Virus record (IMG/VR): IMGVR_UViG_3300012665_000704
Location: 1 to 64,000 of that record
DNA length: 64,000 bases
Source: a virus
Lineage: Duplodnaviria; Caudoviricetes
Reading direction: 5' to 3' (one strand)
Both the position numbers and the translations under genes were made by a program. The notes beneath the pieces were generated by a model that worked only from the letters and a program-made list of their open reading frames with translations, ran no database searches and was not told the DNA's origin. Shown here piece after piece: positions 32,801 to 40,426 of the stretch. The stretch's first letter is position 1, and every line of letters starts with the position of its first letter.

Positions 32801-35800
32801 AATCTACGATTTGATAGAACTTCATATACTTCACAGGTAACTGAGTGGGCATCAGGTGATTTTTACGGTTCATTTTATGCAGGAACTTATTCAAACAGTG
32901 ACCAAGTTTCATCTTCTTCAATAGCTTTGCAAAGCACTCAACCACCAATTGATACTATTTTGGCAAGTGCTCAGGGAGCAACATTTGAAATTTTAGATGC
33001 TACTAATGATCAAACATTAACATGGTCTTCACGCACAAGAGAAACGGTACAAACATATGGACCGGCTACCCTATATCCAAATGCTATAAGAATCAATCCA
33101 TCAACAGGTGGCTCACCTGTTGCAGGAGAATTAGGTTCTACTATAGGTTTCTATATAGGAATGCCAGTAAAATTTGTAGGTGCAACTGTAGGAAATCTAG
33201 TTAATGAAACTACTTACTATGTAAAATCTTTAATAGATTTACCTAATCTAGTTACATCAAATCTAGAAGCCACTGGTTTTACTGTATCAGCGACTGTAGA
33301 TGAAGACGGTGTGCCAGGATCAACATTTGTTCTTTCAACAGCAACTGTTACGGCTGCTGGCTTACCAATGTTTGTTGGTGAAGTCACTAATACTGCTGTG
33401 CTAACTATTAATTATAGCGGCATTAGAAACGCAACAGTCACTACAGCAGGTACCAACACAATTACAGTATTGCTTACTGCTACTGGACAAAATGGCACTA
33501 ATGGATTGTATACAGGTATACCTGTATACTTTACCGGAGATGTGTTTGGCGGAATTTCTGAGAACGAGATTTACTATGTAACTACTGTTACTGGTCCACA
33601 GACATTCACTATGTCTACTCAAACAAATCCAACAACATTAACTATTACAGAAACAGACTCTGGAACTGATGCAATTACTTGCGAAAGCACATTATCACTT
33701 TCTGTTAATGAACCCGTAGTATTCACCGGAGATGTATTTGGTAATATTGTTGCAGGAACACAATATTATATCAGAGAGTTATTCTCAGGAAATATAACAT
33801 TCTCAATTTCTGAAACTATTAACGGACCTGTATTTGCACTTGCATCTGATACCGGTTCTTGCACAATGACAAGTCAAAAGGACACCGTAACATTACAAGA
33901 TGATACCGGTTCTATGACAATGAATGTCAGCTTACCAGTAAGTCCAGGACAAGTTAACGGACAACTGTTTACATTATATCCTACTTCTCAACAATATATC
34001 AACCAAACAGGTGTAGTTACAAACTTGATAGAAAGAGAAATTAGTGCAACCCTATCAACTGTAAACAGATTGTGCTTATCAACCTTTAGTGGTGGCATTT
34101 TAAATCTATACAATAACTTTGATTTTGATGTTGCAAGCAATATAGGTGGTCTAACAACATCCGGTGGACCATACACTGTAACCAATACAGGAACAACTAT
34201 AGTTAACGTGTCTAGTACTAGCAGTTCAGGTAATTGGTTAACTGTACCATTAGATACTAACCCGTATACAACTGATGTGTTGTATTCTGGAATGCCAATA
34301 ATATTCAGCGGTGTATCATTGGGCGGTGTATTATTAAATGTAGTTTATTATGTAGATACTATTGATGGAAGCCCCCCAGTTGGCTCAGGAAGATTTACCA
34401 TATCAGAAACTTCTGATTTTTCAAGCGGTATATTTGTGGTTACCAATGATAACGGGGACATGATTGGTACAGGTGAGCCATTCATTCAGGTAGCAGATAC
34501 GTTAAGTGATGCAACAGGTCCGGTAATGTTAACACAGGTTGTTGGCACTACCCCAACATTTGATGTGAGTTATATTTTAGGCGGGTACCGAGTAACAATC
34601 CAAAATTCAGGTAGTGGATATGCAATTGACAACACTATAACTATTTTAGGAACTAATTTAGGTGGCACTACACCAGATAATGATTTAGTGATGACTGTTT
34701 CTTCAGTTAATGCTACTGGTGGAATAGTATCTACAATATGTAACGGAACACCTGCAGGCACAATTGATCAATACTATTTTAAAGTTGTGTCAGAAAATCA
34801 AGTAGAAGTTTACGAAAATGAAGCCTTGAGTGTTCCGGTAAGTGGACAAAACTTCCCTTATGGTGGAATTACTTCAACTACCGCTACAGTAGCAACTGCT
34901 TCAAATGATAGATTTACAGTAACTAGTTCAGCCGACTTTAGTATAAATGATCCGGTCGTATTTACTGGAACAGTATTTGGTGGAATTACATTAGGTCAAA
35001 CATATTATATTAAATCTAAACCAACAGGCACTACTGTTACTATTACAGAAACTGTAGATGGTACTGTATTCAATATCACGACAGATGCTACAGGTTCGAT
35101 GACAATGGCAAAATCAGGTGATTATGCACTATTACCGGAGCCATTCTTCTTTAGTCCTAGTATCGTGAAATATAACAATCGTGTTTATCAATGTATTATA
35201 AGTAACAATGACCCTGAATTTATTTTAGGTAAATGGGAACTACTAGATCCGGGTAGTAGAAAACTTAATGGGTTAGACAGAGTTATTGCATATTACAGAC
35301 CTACTGTAAATATGCCAGGTGTTGATTTAACTCAATTAGTTACCGGAATAACATATCCAAATAGTACATATTTGGGTAATGCATTTGCTCCGGATGACGA
35401 ATTTACAGTAGATGTTAATTTAACAGATCAACCATTTTACCCAACCGGAATTGATTTAAGTACTATTATTTGGAATGGGATAACATATCTTGCAGGATCA
35501 AATGCAGAAACGTATTCATCTATTAATTTAAGTGAGACTGGTTCATCTTGGATCATTAATAAAATTGCCAATCAATCAATTGGTGTTACTGATTTGCTTT
35601 TTGCAGGAGGCAGATATGTTCTAACTTCTACTAATCCAGCTACTCCTATATTAATAAGTGATAATGGACTTACTTGGATTACTAACGGAACATTTACTCC
35701 GTTCGATTCAACACCATACGATTTAACAACTTTTGATATATCTTCTGTGAGTGTTCCTTCTCTATTATTGAATGGGGTAGCGTACCATAACGGAATATAT

Positions 35801-38800
35801 ATTGCAGTAGGTAATAATATTATTTCATCTACTGATTTGTATTCATGGGTTGAGCGTTATGCATTCACAAGCACTACATTATCAAATGTATTAAAAGATG
35901 TTGCTTATGTTAGCACTCCTGGATATACTGGATTTGTTGCAGTTGGATTAGGTCAGCGTTTAGTTAGTGGAACAGCAGTAAATGTCGCATTAATATTCAC
36001 TAGTACGGACGGTTATAACTGGAATCAAGTATCGTTTACTGACACAGTATTCTCATTAAATGCAATTGCATCAAACAGCGGTAGCATTGTTGCAGTTGGT
36101 GATGATGGTATTATTTATACTAGTTTCAATACTATTAACTGGTTCGCACAAACATCACCAGTGTCAGAAAACTTAAACAATATAATTTGGGATAGTTATA
36201 ATAATCAATTTGTTGCAGTAGGTGACAATGGAACTATATTGACAGGTGATGCTAATGGCAATACATGGACAGCACAAACATCTGGTACAACAGAAAATAT
36301 TGAAAGTGTTGTTTGGAACAATGACGATGAAATTTATATTGCTGTTGGATTAAACAATACAATTTTACAAAGTGTCGATGCTATAACATGGGTCTCAATC
36401 GCTACATTTGAAGTATTACCTTCAGTCTATGATATACAAGGTGATGCATTTACTGCAGGCTATGGTCCGGAAGAAATGGTTCCTGGGGTAGTATCTGATA
36501 CTATTACTATGACTGTTGCGACCCGTCCAGGAACTAACTGGGACGAAACTGTTTATCAACATGTTGGCTATAATGTAGTATCTATTGAATTATCACCAAT
36601 TAACGCACTGCAAACAGAGTACAGTTTTGTAAATGTAACCTCAACTCCTGCACAAGCAAGCGTGTTTATTATTGACTATACAACAGAGTTAAGCACAACA
36701 ATTTATGAAGGTATCGACTATACAATAGATTGGGTCAACAAAGTTGTGACTTTAACAACTCCATTAAGTTTCGTTACAGTAGGTACCTCAGATAGATTGC
36801 GTATTGATGTATATGAAGTTGGTAACGGTGATCAGTTAGTAAAAGCAAATACAGAGACTGATCCTATTAGATTAAACACCACTACTGGATTTCAAGAAAT
36901 ATATGTAAATGCTAATTATAGTGCAGACATTTATCAAGGTTCAGGTATTATTAGACCTGATACTAATCCACTAGAAGCGATAGCGATTGCGACCGATGAA
37001 ATAACGGACGCAATTACTTGTGAAAGTGTTGAGAATTTCGTATTGAACGGCACAATTACTTTTAGTGGAGCAGTGTTTGGTGGAATTGTAGAAGACCAAG
37101 TTTATTATGTAAAATCTATTAGTTATGTATCAAATAGAATTACTATTTCTGAAATATTTAATACAGGTTCAGGCACTGCAGGAGCAACGTTCCCGTTGAC
37201 TACTGCAACCGGATTAATGACTGCAATTATTCAAGTTGGTACCGGTACAGTATGGACAACACCTAGCGTGTTCCACAATGGTACTAAGTTGGTATTGGGT
37301 CATACTGCAAATATAACTAGAACTAAATCAGGAACCAATACTATAACTACAAATACTACCGGTGACTTAGTTCCTAATCTATCTATTAAGTTTAGTTCAA
37401 CTATGTTTGGTGGAGTAATCGTACCGTTACAAACATATTACATTAAAACAATTTATGATGGAAATGAATTTACAATTTCAGAAACACCAGGTGGCGCAGA
37501 ATTAGAATTGACTAACGCTACAGGTGGTGCAATCTTCATATCAGGTGATTATGCAATTGGTATTGCAGATAATGGAATTTCTGCTGCGGTGTTGTTGGCA
37601 AATGAATATGATGCATTAACAGACTATATCACTTATACTTTCTTTGGACAAACATTACCTGTACAGTATGGTTATACAATCCCAGAAGTGCAACTATTTG
37701 AGGGTGATGGATCAACCGCATCATTCACATTAACTAATTATGTGGGTGATAGTAATGTTACAAGTGCAATTGTTGAAATTGATGGTGTAAGACAAACTAT
37801 TTCTGCCTATACTATAAGTGCAATCTCTAACACTATATTGTTCAACACACCTCCGTCAAACGGATCAACTATAGCAGTTACCTCATATAATTTGACAGAC
37901 CGTCAATATTTTAATACACAGTATGGCATTACAGGTTCTTCTGGTGCAACTACGACTACTATCGTAGTCAGTGACACAACTCATAGCGTGGGCACGTTTG
38001 ACCAAGATACTCCAACTGCTCAGACATTTGACCAAGATACTCCTAGTGTAGTTTTATATGATCAAGAATTAGATTGGCTAACATTGGGTTCAGGCTCAAC
38101 AAGTAGTCTATCAATTAATTTCCCAATCGTATTCCAAGCACCAACTTTAGGTGGATTAATTGCTGGACAAATTTATTATGTGGTAGAAATATTAAATTCA
38201 ACTGATTTTGTTGTGTCTACTCAGGTAGATGGAACACCTACAACAGTTACTACTGATAGTGGTTCAATGAATGGTGTGGTTAATGGATTAACAGTCGCTA
38301 ATATAATTAATATTAATAATGCTATTTCTAGTCCTTTGGCAACTGTGTTAGTAACTGGAACTACTGGTGGTGCATCAGATTATGTAGTGTGTGGTTCTAC
38401 AACTGGATTAATTGTAAATCAACCAATTATATTTAAAGCCGCAATAACTACTGCTGGATCATTCACAGTAGGTGACACTTATAAAATTACTACACTAACC
38501 GGTACTTCACAAGTGCAGTGGAACACTACTGCTGGAACTTCGGGAGTAACATATGTAGTGGGTGATATATTCACAGCCGCAACAGTGGGTGCTGGTACTG
38601 GTCAAGCATTGTTAACTAACTTAGGTGGAATCGACACATTAGGTGAAGTTTACTTTATTCGTTCTGTTGCAAGTGGAACTGAATTTACAATTAAAGATCA
38701 GTATGGTGCATTAGTTAATCTAACTACTGCTAGCGGTAGCTTAGTTGGGTTTATGGGTGGTCTATCTGCAATTAGTGTAACAACTGGTATAGATCATAAT

Positions 38801-40258
38801 TTATCAGAAAATGAGATAGTTCGTATTGATGGAACATTAGGTTCAGTACAACTTAATAATAATACTTATTATGCTAAGATAGTAACAGATACTATATTCA
38901 TGTTGTATGATCAACCCTATAATCCGGCACTGAATGCAGTTAACTATCCAGTAACATTCTCATCTACTTATATATCAGGTGGTTATGCTTGGTTGGATGG
39001 ATTATTTACTATATCATGCACGAATACAATTAGTACTTCTTCTACTGGAAATAGAATTACAGTAGATAGCACTGAGTCATTAATTCCTAATACTCCTATA
39101 TACTTTACTTCAATAGGTGAAAGTCAAGGTACTGACATATTAGGAAATATCCTAGCAAAAACTGAATATTATGTTTTAGCGGTAAGACCTGAAGTAATTG
39201 CTGACGATTTCATCGTTGGTAATGAATATCAGATTGTAGACCTTGGTGATACTGATTGGAATACTTGTGCTGGAACAAGTAGTGTTACGTATGCAATTGG
39301 AGACACTTTTGTTGCAGCCGCAACTGATCCAGGAACTACCGGCATCGCAATCGGTTTACAAGAGTTTACTATTACTGAAACTAGATTCCCTAATGACGCT
39401 GAAGTTGTATTAACTGATGCTACTGGTTCAGTTGATGTTTCACAATTCCAGCAAGTTAATGTTGATAGATTGTGGGTAACAATAAATGGATACAGAGTTC
39501 CTTCTTCATTGTTAAGAATTAATGAATATAATAATTTAAGTATTCTGTCAACTGTTAGTACCGGCGATGAAATTGTTATTACAAGCATGATGCCAACAGC
39601 AACACCGAATGAAAATGTATATTTGTTAAATGTAACGACTACTAATCAACCTACAGTTTATAGAGCAAATACTCAAACTAGAACTTGGTTAACTCAACCA
39701 TTGAGTTTCACGGATGAAGTTATTTACTTAAATGATGCTACTAGGGTTACTGATTCTATCGTACAAGAAGTAATTGCGCCCGCGCCAGTTGACAGTAAAT
39801 ATAATATTGGATTAGAAGCTAATAAAAATGTAATATGTCACGTGACCGTTTACAACAATACAACTTCAACTCTAGTAGATCCTGCTAATTTTGAAATTAT
39901 TATTGTTGATTTAGCTCCAATATTACAGATTTCCGATGAAGTAAGCACTGGAGATTCGTTGACAGTGACTACACTTGAAGGAAGATTGTTGTTTGTTAAT
40001 GGAGAACAGATTGCGTTTGCTGAATGTGATATTGTAAATAATACAGTCAGTGGATTAACTAGAGGGGCAAATGGTACAGGGGAACAAACGTTTATCCCGT
40101 TATATTCTGAAGTATTTGGTATTATTCCTAATAACAGAATGACTAATGTAACCTACGGGGATGTGTGGAATTCTTACATTTATAATCCAATAGACGGGGA
40201 TCCATTGCAAATTAGTCAGACTACAGGTGCAAATTTCTTAAAAGTGGATAGAAGTTAA
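20867..40258 (+). CDS. Giant (6463 aa) baseplate wedge (gp7-like position) / receptor-binding fibre protein
   Basis: Follows gp6; LNFLPEIF start and EVKPYHV motif; about 13 Gly/Tyr beta repeats, FG-GAP-like and BNR-like propeller blades, a CBM5/12-like W/Y motif; Thr/Ser/Asn-rich. Confidence 0.75.
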   Translation: MATRIRTLNFLPEIFKTQTNAQFLAATLDQLVAQPNTKKIQGYVGSKFGYGVNATDYYVTEPTKVRTDYQLDPGVVFLKENDTTANDFISYPGIVDGLKLEGGLTPDNNRLFNSQFYSWDSFTNLDKIINFNEYYWLPDGPDRVVISTDVVFNSSNYLVQSLSNEYLISSESQSATSNPTLTLLRGGSYTFSVNQNTQFWIQGEPGVTGYSPTQPNVQTRDVFGVTNNGAENGVITFEVPAQNALNEYNFPPGPAVGVVSSLPFSQVNGARVTEIGGIDGVTALDGLTVMFYNTGIADEIGYIQKFYDQTLFDEDGGVSYDEATDYPGTSEFYNNYEGGFYSPVNSNFYTITLLGDQSNPIIQLTPAGTIPTNQTITPTFGSEWVNRNFYRSVDGAIALVPYNSAILDTLYYQDGTNPNKVGIIKLANSNVSNSLDVVTEILGKPQYTAPNGVVFTNGLKVLFQGNITPEIYNNTEFYVEGVGTAIELIPVADLVSPGAFAEGSYIPFDTTPYDVGNFDSSLYLLIDPDYITIARNAINKNAWSRSNRWFHIDVINATATYNNNPELASVATIYNKASRPIIEFYPNLSLFDSGVIGKQPIDFIDFRTTDAFTLVAGQPTYYPDVAGYTDYTATIAPVTSAITSKTATQTVGLVNQVILSPNTTGIHVNDTIVFGLVTAGSFVSGTTYKIVTSGNTDFTAIGASSNAVGTVFVASGAGSGTGTAGDVDSEFGGLTSGVTYYINEIVGSRITVSTEKQGSNIVLTSASGSMVTSIYPYSTNITIATSEVFGLFEVGQYIADSTGILPAVTFITAITEVGSNTILTVSWYNQEVITGTSVASIVSADTTLSNYALFDGARVVFAADTNLSVRDKIYVSRFSSIDGTGTPVITLTEAFDGQVLADEQTSVYRGYNYKGKDFYFNAENWQQAQQKITINQAPKFDIYDENGISFGDSTVYIGTSFTGCSLFQYGLGTGISDPVLGFPLRYSTVSNIGDISFDVTLDSQTFNYVQGTNPITQKVNTGYVYNYTSRTSFVRQLGWQTAVSPSVQYQIFEFNWSIDNPITNFTCDIAPVSSSSTNWPTVQVYINNTYLPETDFTVSTTGDTTTVTIPQIDAVDTVVQVLILSDQVSSTAYYQIPINLSNNPFNEDILTVNIGDIRGQYQSMFFNNPNTMGPVFGRNNFRDLGNLVPWGNRIIQNSASLVLPGTFLRKQNHNLFNSILYNSRQYITFKNLLIDTVNNTDYNRMLSPAEMLDDAMDQITSTKTDSQPFFWSDMLPSKAPYISNTYSFANTLDVSIYPLSRIYDFDKANYYGVLVYLIRDGVTSQLIFGVDYTVSTSAPSLTVTLDLLANDQIVINEYNQTYGSYVPNTPTKLGLYPSTIPAVVVDTAYFEPTYFIVGHDGSYNKLFGPYDSTTGQLEDFRDQVLLEYETRIYNNLKLSNVIPIQTYEVIPGFFRDLQYSYDEFLEVYSESFLDWVGQNRVDYKRQFYNSTNEFSYNYRNSGNKVNREPIQQGYFRGLYLYYYDTPTPDVTPWQMIGYTDQPTWWTERYGPAPYTSDNLILWNDLAEGIDWNNGNPVVITEYIRPELLQVLPVDSNGDLVSPLASIVGNYNNNIFNRDWKVGDVGPTEFSYRRSSTWPFDLMRLYALAKPANFFNLAVDVDNYKYSAEFDQYLVNNRSHLQLGDIPIYGLGTPATSYINWIVDFEKQVGIDATTDITTLLKNLDVRLVYRVAGFSDKNLLKFYVEKSSANTTNSSLLIPDESYSVLLYDNQPFDRIVYSGVVIQITENGYQVYGNSQTNAYFKILLPKNSGYSETIEVENLSVRIADQYSDKVGIIPYGTEFYSVQEVAQFLSSYGKYLESQGMKFDQIENGIPVNWAQMIAEFLYWSQIGWEVGSITTINPSASTLVIDKDSSVVQPLTVRQRNFVLNQNLFPIQSIDLNVVRQDTAFTAQPLNQGDAISYGQFNISNFEHGIVFDNVTLFNDIIYNLITGLRQYRVSVRGTKTADWNGTVDAAGFILNQDNIQEWNREIKYTKGEIVLYKNRYWTSLTIVQPKVLFDERDWKETNYNEIQKGLLPNSQTRSFESTLYYNTDSANLENDADLLSFSLIGYRPRDYLALADLTDITQVNVYKNMIKEKGTLNAASAFKGANLPQGGINYDIYENWAIKSGEFGGVLNNNFVEFNLNQASLTGNPSIVGLTDGIFTDGVQQEVPLYSIFNYGRPITSPNILPTISATEPSALFPTAGYVNYNDVKMSSYYYSGLATATNASGTIVPINEFYVRDYVWLANYLSDWRVYTPVSLGSIINAKNNLNGTVTITFSQAHNLTRFELFGITNFDVAINNYYLVAAVVDPFRVIINLSLNPSTLNIVGEGIGLRMQSQRVATAPEIVDLPLLNNEFTKSKVWVDENNDGSWAVYRKSLNYQYDAEIIRSSSQTFGSAVAYTTPMGYLIGDADVGAVYRYTFNAEANTYTLDQAITNSASFGSYISYADDLFVISEPTSGSPKVYVYQLITTTLIDNLDPYQTISAPGGVTDWGSTTAISGDQNWLYISDTGNARVYAYRKSTITNLYESVGYISVAGLTSADNFGFSIATDYYGDTVVIGAPDQDYDVNTDNYGYTYVFARTVQNFIAPSTSQPYTPQTFALSWSPVTVTQTATATDSTNDRITITSSAGFSVNDPVVFSGDILSSGAIAQNTVYYVYDKPTSTTFRIASTRNAAAPIELATASGPPNMTVTVQTTPLFVNINGTLLEDDTYAVIGSTLYVYSGLTPTLNAGDILSVSGSNFVLTQTLDNGQTPRVGVQFGQSVDTNTYANEILVGAPFELSADNYEGAIHRFTNGGEKYGFIIGTTDCNITTPRTILINGYQVILPIGNATNASNFINAANIPNVSATSIDGKLVIQLVDIAIGFAGSKLSLTVLDSATPAEMGINIYTATQTIACPHLTGPTQFGSVIKFNEFDSFIASAPTGTRYSATTFDFTDDELDNDTVFDNNATQWIDTFANAGAVYMFDYISAYNESLNNPGKFVYAQSTNAENIDYGSQPYYGQALDFNDNRVTVGTPNFRPGYDNGQVVAYTSTSTEQDWAVYRSSAPIVDINGIANIQLFSASSNTTLDNLDYFDPLQGKLLGAIRENIDVVSNSDPAAYNSPNSTQRGLVWGADKVGQLWFDTSNTRFVNYHQNDIVYNSQYWGRIFSGSDVAVYSWIVSNVSPLDYIGPGIPYNIDTYTVNGVINAEGTIVPLYYFWVRNTNIVFEKTGKTLADSTLEAYISQPQNTGISYFAPLQPDIFALYNSGDYLNGNDTVLHIGYATGTNDDPIHNQYELIRADYADDFLPGVPGSGAGYQARSSVGITEPISLYNRMLDSMCGVDNAGAVVPNPFLPKAVQTGVLARPRQSFFYDRYDALKNYLQYANEVLAQFPITEIRNPSFLNTTGATNPSTVDNPDWTGSVLPFYDTTNYWSYINWWAPGYDNNTKSALQVSIYADLSTLTVTPGTIVTVATNGNGNSETYIYNIDGSWTRIGLTNGTIEFSSALWDYSTYRLGFGDNFFDTTPYDEYPSEETRYIIRSLNEEIYNNELLIFRNKSLILLFEYIQSETSENQNYLPWLNKTSFLDVAHTIRELRPIEVFQSDNELFLEGYMNEVKPYHVVIKEFLFKYTGTDVYEGDITDFDLPAQYNSSVQQFITPELVYSNPNGDNQYLPNDPIWQTAPYSQWFNNHGVSIVGENDYPISVLTSYVATNSNSCYVDNVTGFPVTGTILIGTELIGYSSVNLLTNQLLGLARGLENTVIQQHIPGETIFIDLPAVLVLNAGRLYDNPPKITAIIDTTIYPEPTVPAQFEAVMGLGTVIGVNVINPGQGYAVLPKIEIDPAIVVEVNSTQVNISNNTIELTIPILQTGDLIVYQPGTTSTVIGGLTSGQKYYVNLLEVSPAPIIALYASYIDAERDHNRVVLTSTGSGVQKLNLGAVASCITSSAPVRENSINLRFDRTSYTSQVTEWASGDFYGSFYAGTYSNSDQVSSSSIALQSTQPPIDTILASAQGATFEILDATNDQTLTWSSRTRETVQTYGPATLYPNAIRINPSTGGSPVAGELGSTIGFYIGMPVKFVGATVGNLVNETTYYVKSLIDLPNLVTSNLEATGFTVSATVDEDGVPGSTFVLSTATVTAAGLPMFVGEVTNTAVLTINYSGIRNATVTTAGTNTITVLLTATGQNGTNGLYTGIPVYFTGDVFGGISENEIYYVTTVTGPQTFTMSTQTNPTTLTITETDSGTDAITCESTLSLSVNEPVVFTGDVFGNIVAGTQYYIRELFSGNITFSISETINGPVFALASDTGSCTMTSQKDTVTLQDDTGSMTMNVSLPVSPGQVNGQLFTLYPTSQQYINQTGVVTNLIEREISATLSTVNRLCLSTFSGGILNLYNNFDFDVASNIGGLTTSGGPYTVTNTGTTIVNVSSTSSSGNWLTVPLDTNPYTTDVLYSGMPIIFSGVSLGGVLLNVVYYVDTIDGSPPVGSGRFTISETSDFSSGIFVVTNDNGDMIGTGEPFIQVADTLSDATGPVMLTQVVGTTPTFDVSYILGGYRVTIQNSGSGYAIDNTITILGTNLGGTTPDNDLVMTVSSVNATGGIVSTICNGTPAGTIDQYYFKVVSENQVEVYENEALSVPVSGQNFPYGGITSTTATVATASNDRFTVTSSADFSINDPVVFTGTVFGGITLGQTYYIKSKPTGTTVTITETVDGTVFNITTDATGSMTMAKSGDYALLPEPFFFSPSIVKYNNRVYQCIISNNDPEFILGKWELLDPGSRKLNGLDRVIAYYRPTVNMPGVDLTQLVTGITYPNSTYLGNAFAPDDEFTVDVNLTDQPFYPTGIDLSTIIWNGITYLAGSNAETYSSINLSETGSSWIINKIANQSIGVTDLLFAGGRYVLTSTNPATPILISDNGLTWITNGTFTPFDSTPYDLTTFDISSVSVPSLLLNGVAYHNGIYIAVGNNIISSTDLYSWVERYAFTSTTLSNVLKDVAYVSTPGYTGFVAVGLGQRLVSGTAVNVALIFTSTDGYNWNQVSFTDTVFSLNAIASNSGSIVAVGDDGIIYTSFNTINWFAQTSPVSENLNNIIWDSYNNQFVAVGDNGTILTGDANGNTWTAQTSGTTENIESVVWNNDDEIYIAVGLNNTILQSVDAITWVSIATFEVLPSVYDIQGDAFTAGYGPEEMVPGVVSDTITMTVATRPGTNWDETVYQHVGYNVVSIELSPINALQTEYSFVNVTSTPAQASVFIIDYTTELSTTIYEGIDYTIDWVNKVVTLTTPLSFVTVGTSDRLRIDVYEVGNGDQLVKANTETDPIRLNTTTGFQEIYVNANYSADIYQGSGIIRPDTNPLEAIAIATDEITDAITCESVENFVLNGTITFSGAVFGGIVEDQVYYVKSISYVSNRITISEIFNTGSGTAGATFPLTTATGLMTAIIQVGTGTVWTTPSVFHNGTKLVLGHTANITRTKSGTNTITTNTTGDLVPNLSIKFSSTMFGGVIVPLQTYYIKTIYDGNEFTISETPGGAELELTNATGGAIFISGDYAIGIADNGISAAVLLANEYDALTDYITYTFFGQTLPVQYGYTIPEVQLFEGDGSTASFTLTNYVGDSNVTSAIVEIDGVRQTISAYTISAISNTILFNTPPSNGSTIAVTSYNLTDRQYFNTQYGITGSSGATTTTIVVSDTTHSVGTFDQDTPTAQTFDQDTPSVVLYDQELDWLTLGSGSTSSLSINFPIVFQAPTLGGLIAGQIYYVVEILNSTDFVVSTQVDGTPTTVTTDSGSMNGVVNGLTVANIININNAISSPLATVLVTGTTGGASDYVVCGSTTGLIVNQPIIFKAAITTAGSFTVGDTYKITTLTGTSQVQWNTTAGTSGVTYVVGDIFTAATVGAGTGQALLTNLGGIDTLGEVYFIRSVASGTEFTIKDQYGALVNLTTASGSLVGFMGGLSAISVTTGIDHNLSENEIVRIDGTLGSVQLNNNTYYAKIVTDTIFMLYDQPYNPALNAVNYPVTFSSTYISGGYAWLDGLFTISCTNTISTSSTGNRITVDSTESLIPNTPIYFTSIGESQGTDILGNILAKTEYYVLAVRPEVIADDFIVGNEYQIVDLGDTDWNTCAGTSSVTYAIGDTFVAAATDPGTTGIAIGLQEFTITETRFPNDAEVVLTDATGSVDVSQFQQVNVDRLWVTINGYRVPSSLLRINEYNNLSILSTVSTGDEIVITSMMPTATPNENVYLLNVTTTNQPTVYRANTQTRTWLTQPLSFTDEVIYLNDATRVTDSIVQEVIAPAPVDSKYNIGLEANKNVICHVTVYNNTTSTLVDPANFEIIIVDLAPILQISDEVSTGDSLTVTTLEGRLLFVNGEQIAFAECDIVNNTVSGLTRGANGTGEQTFIPLYSEVFGIIPNNRMTNVTYGDVWNSYIYNPIDGDPLQISQTTGANFLKVDRS

Positions 40259-40273
40259 AAGATAAATAAATAT

Positions 40274-40426
40274 ATGAACGAAAACTTGGAAAATTCAAAG
40301 CAAGAGCAACCCGAAAAATCTGGGCCAAAACCTAACGAACATGGTGGGTTTTATTTTTCTTCTAGTATTAAAATAACAGATCCTAATAGCAAAGAAATAT
40401 TAGTCCACATGCGAGGCGATAACTAA
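40274..40426 (+). CDS. Small 50-aa protein, probably virion-associated (below the ORF-track cut-off)
   Basis: MNENLENSKQEQPEKSGPKPNEHGGFYFSSSIKITDPNSKEILVHMRGDN; TAAATA just upstream; TAATG coupling to the next gene. Confidence 0.7.
   Translation: MNENLENSKQEQPEKSGPKPNEHGGFYFSSSIKITDPNSKEILVHMRGDN

Noticed and set aside
25443-39588. Short ORFs inside the giant gene
   Set aside because: Shadow or alternative frames with no RBS or motifs.
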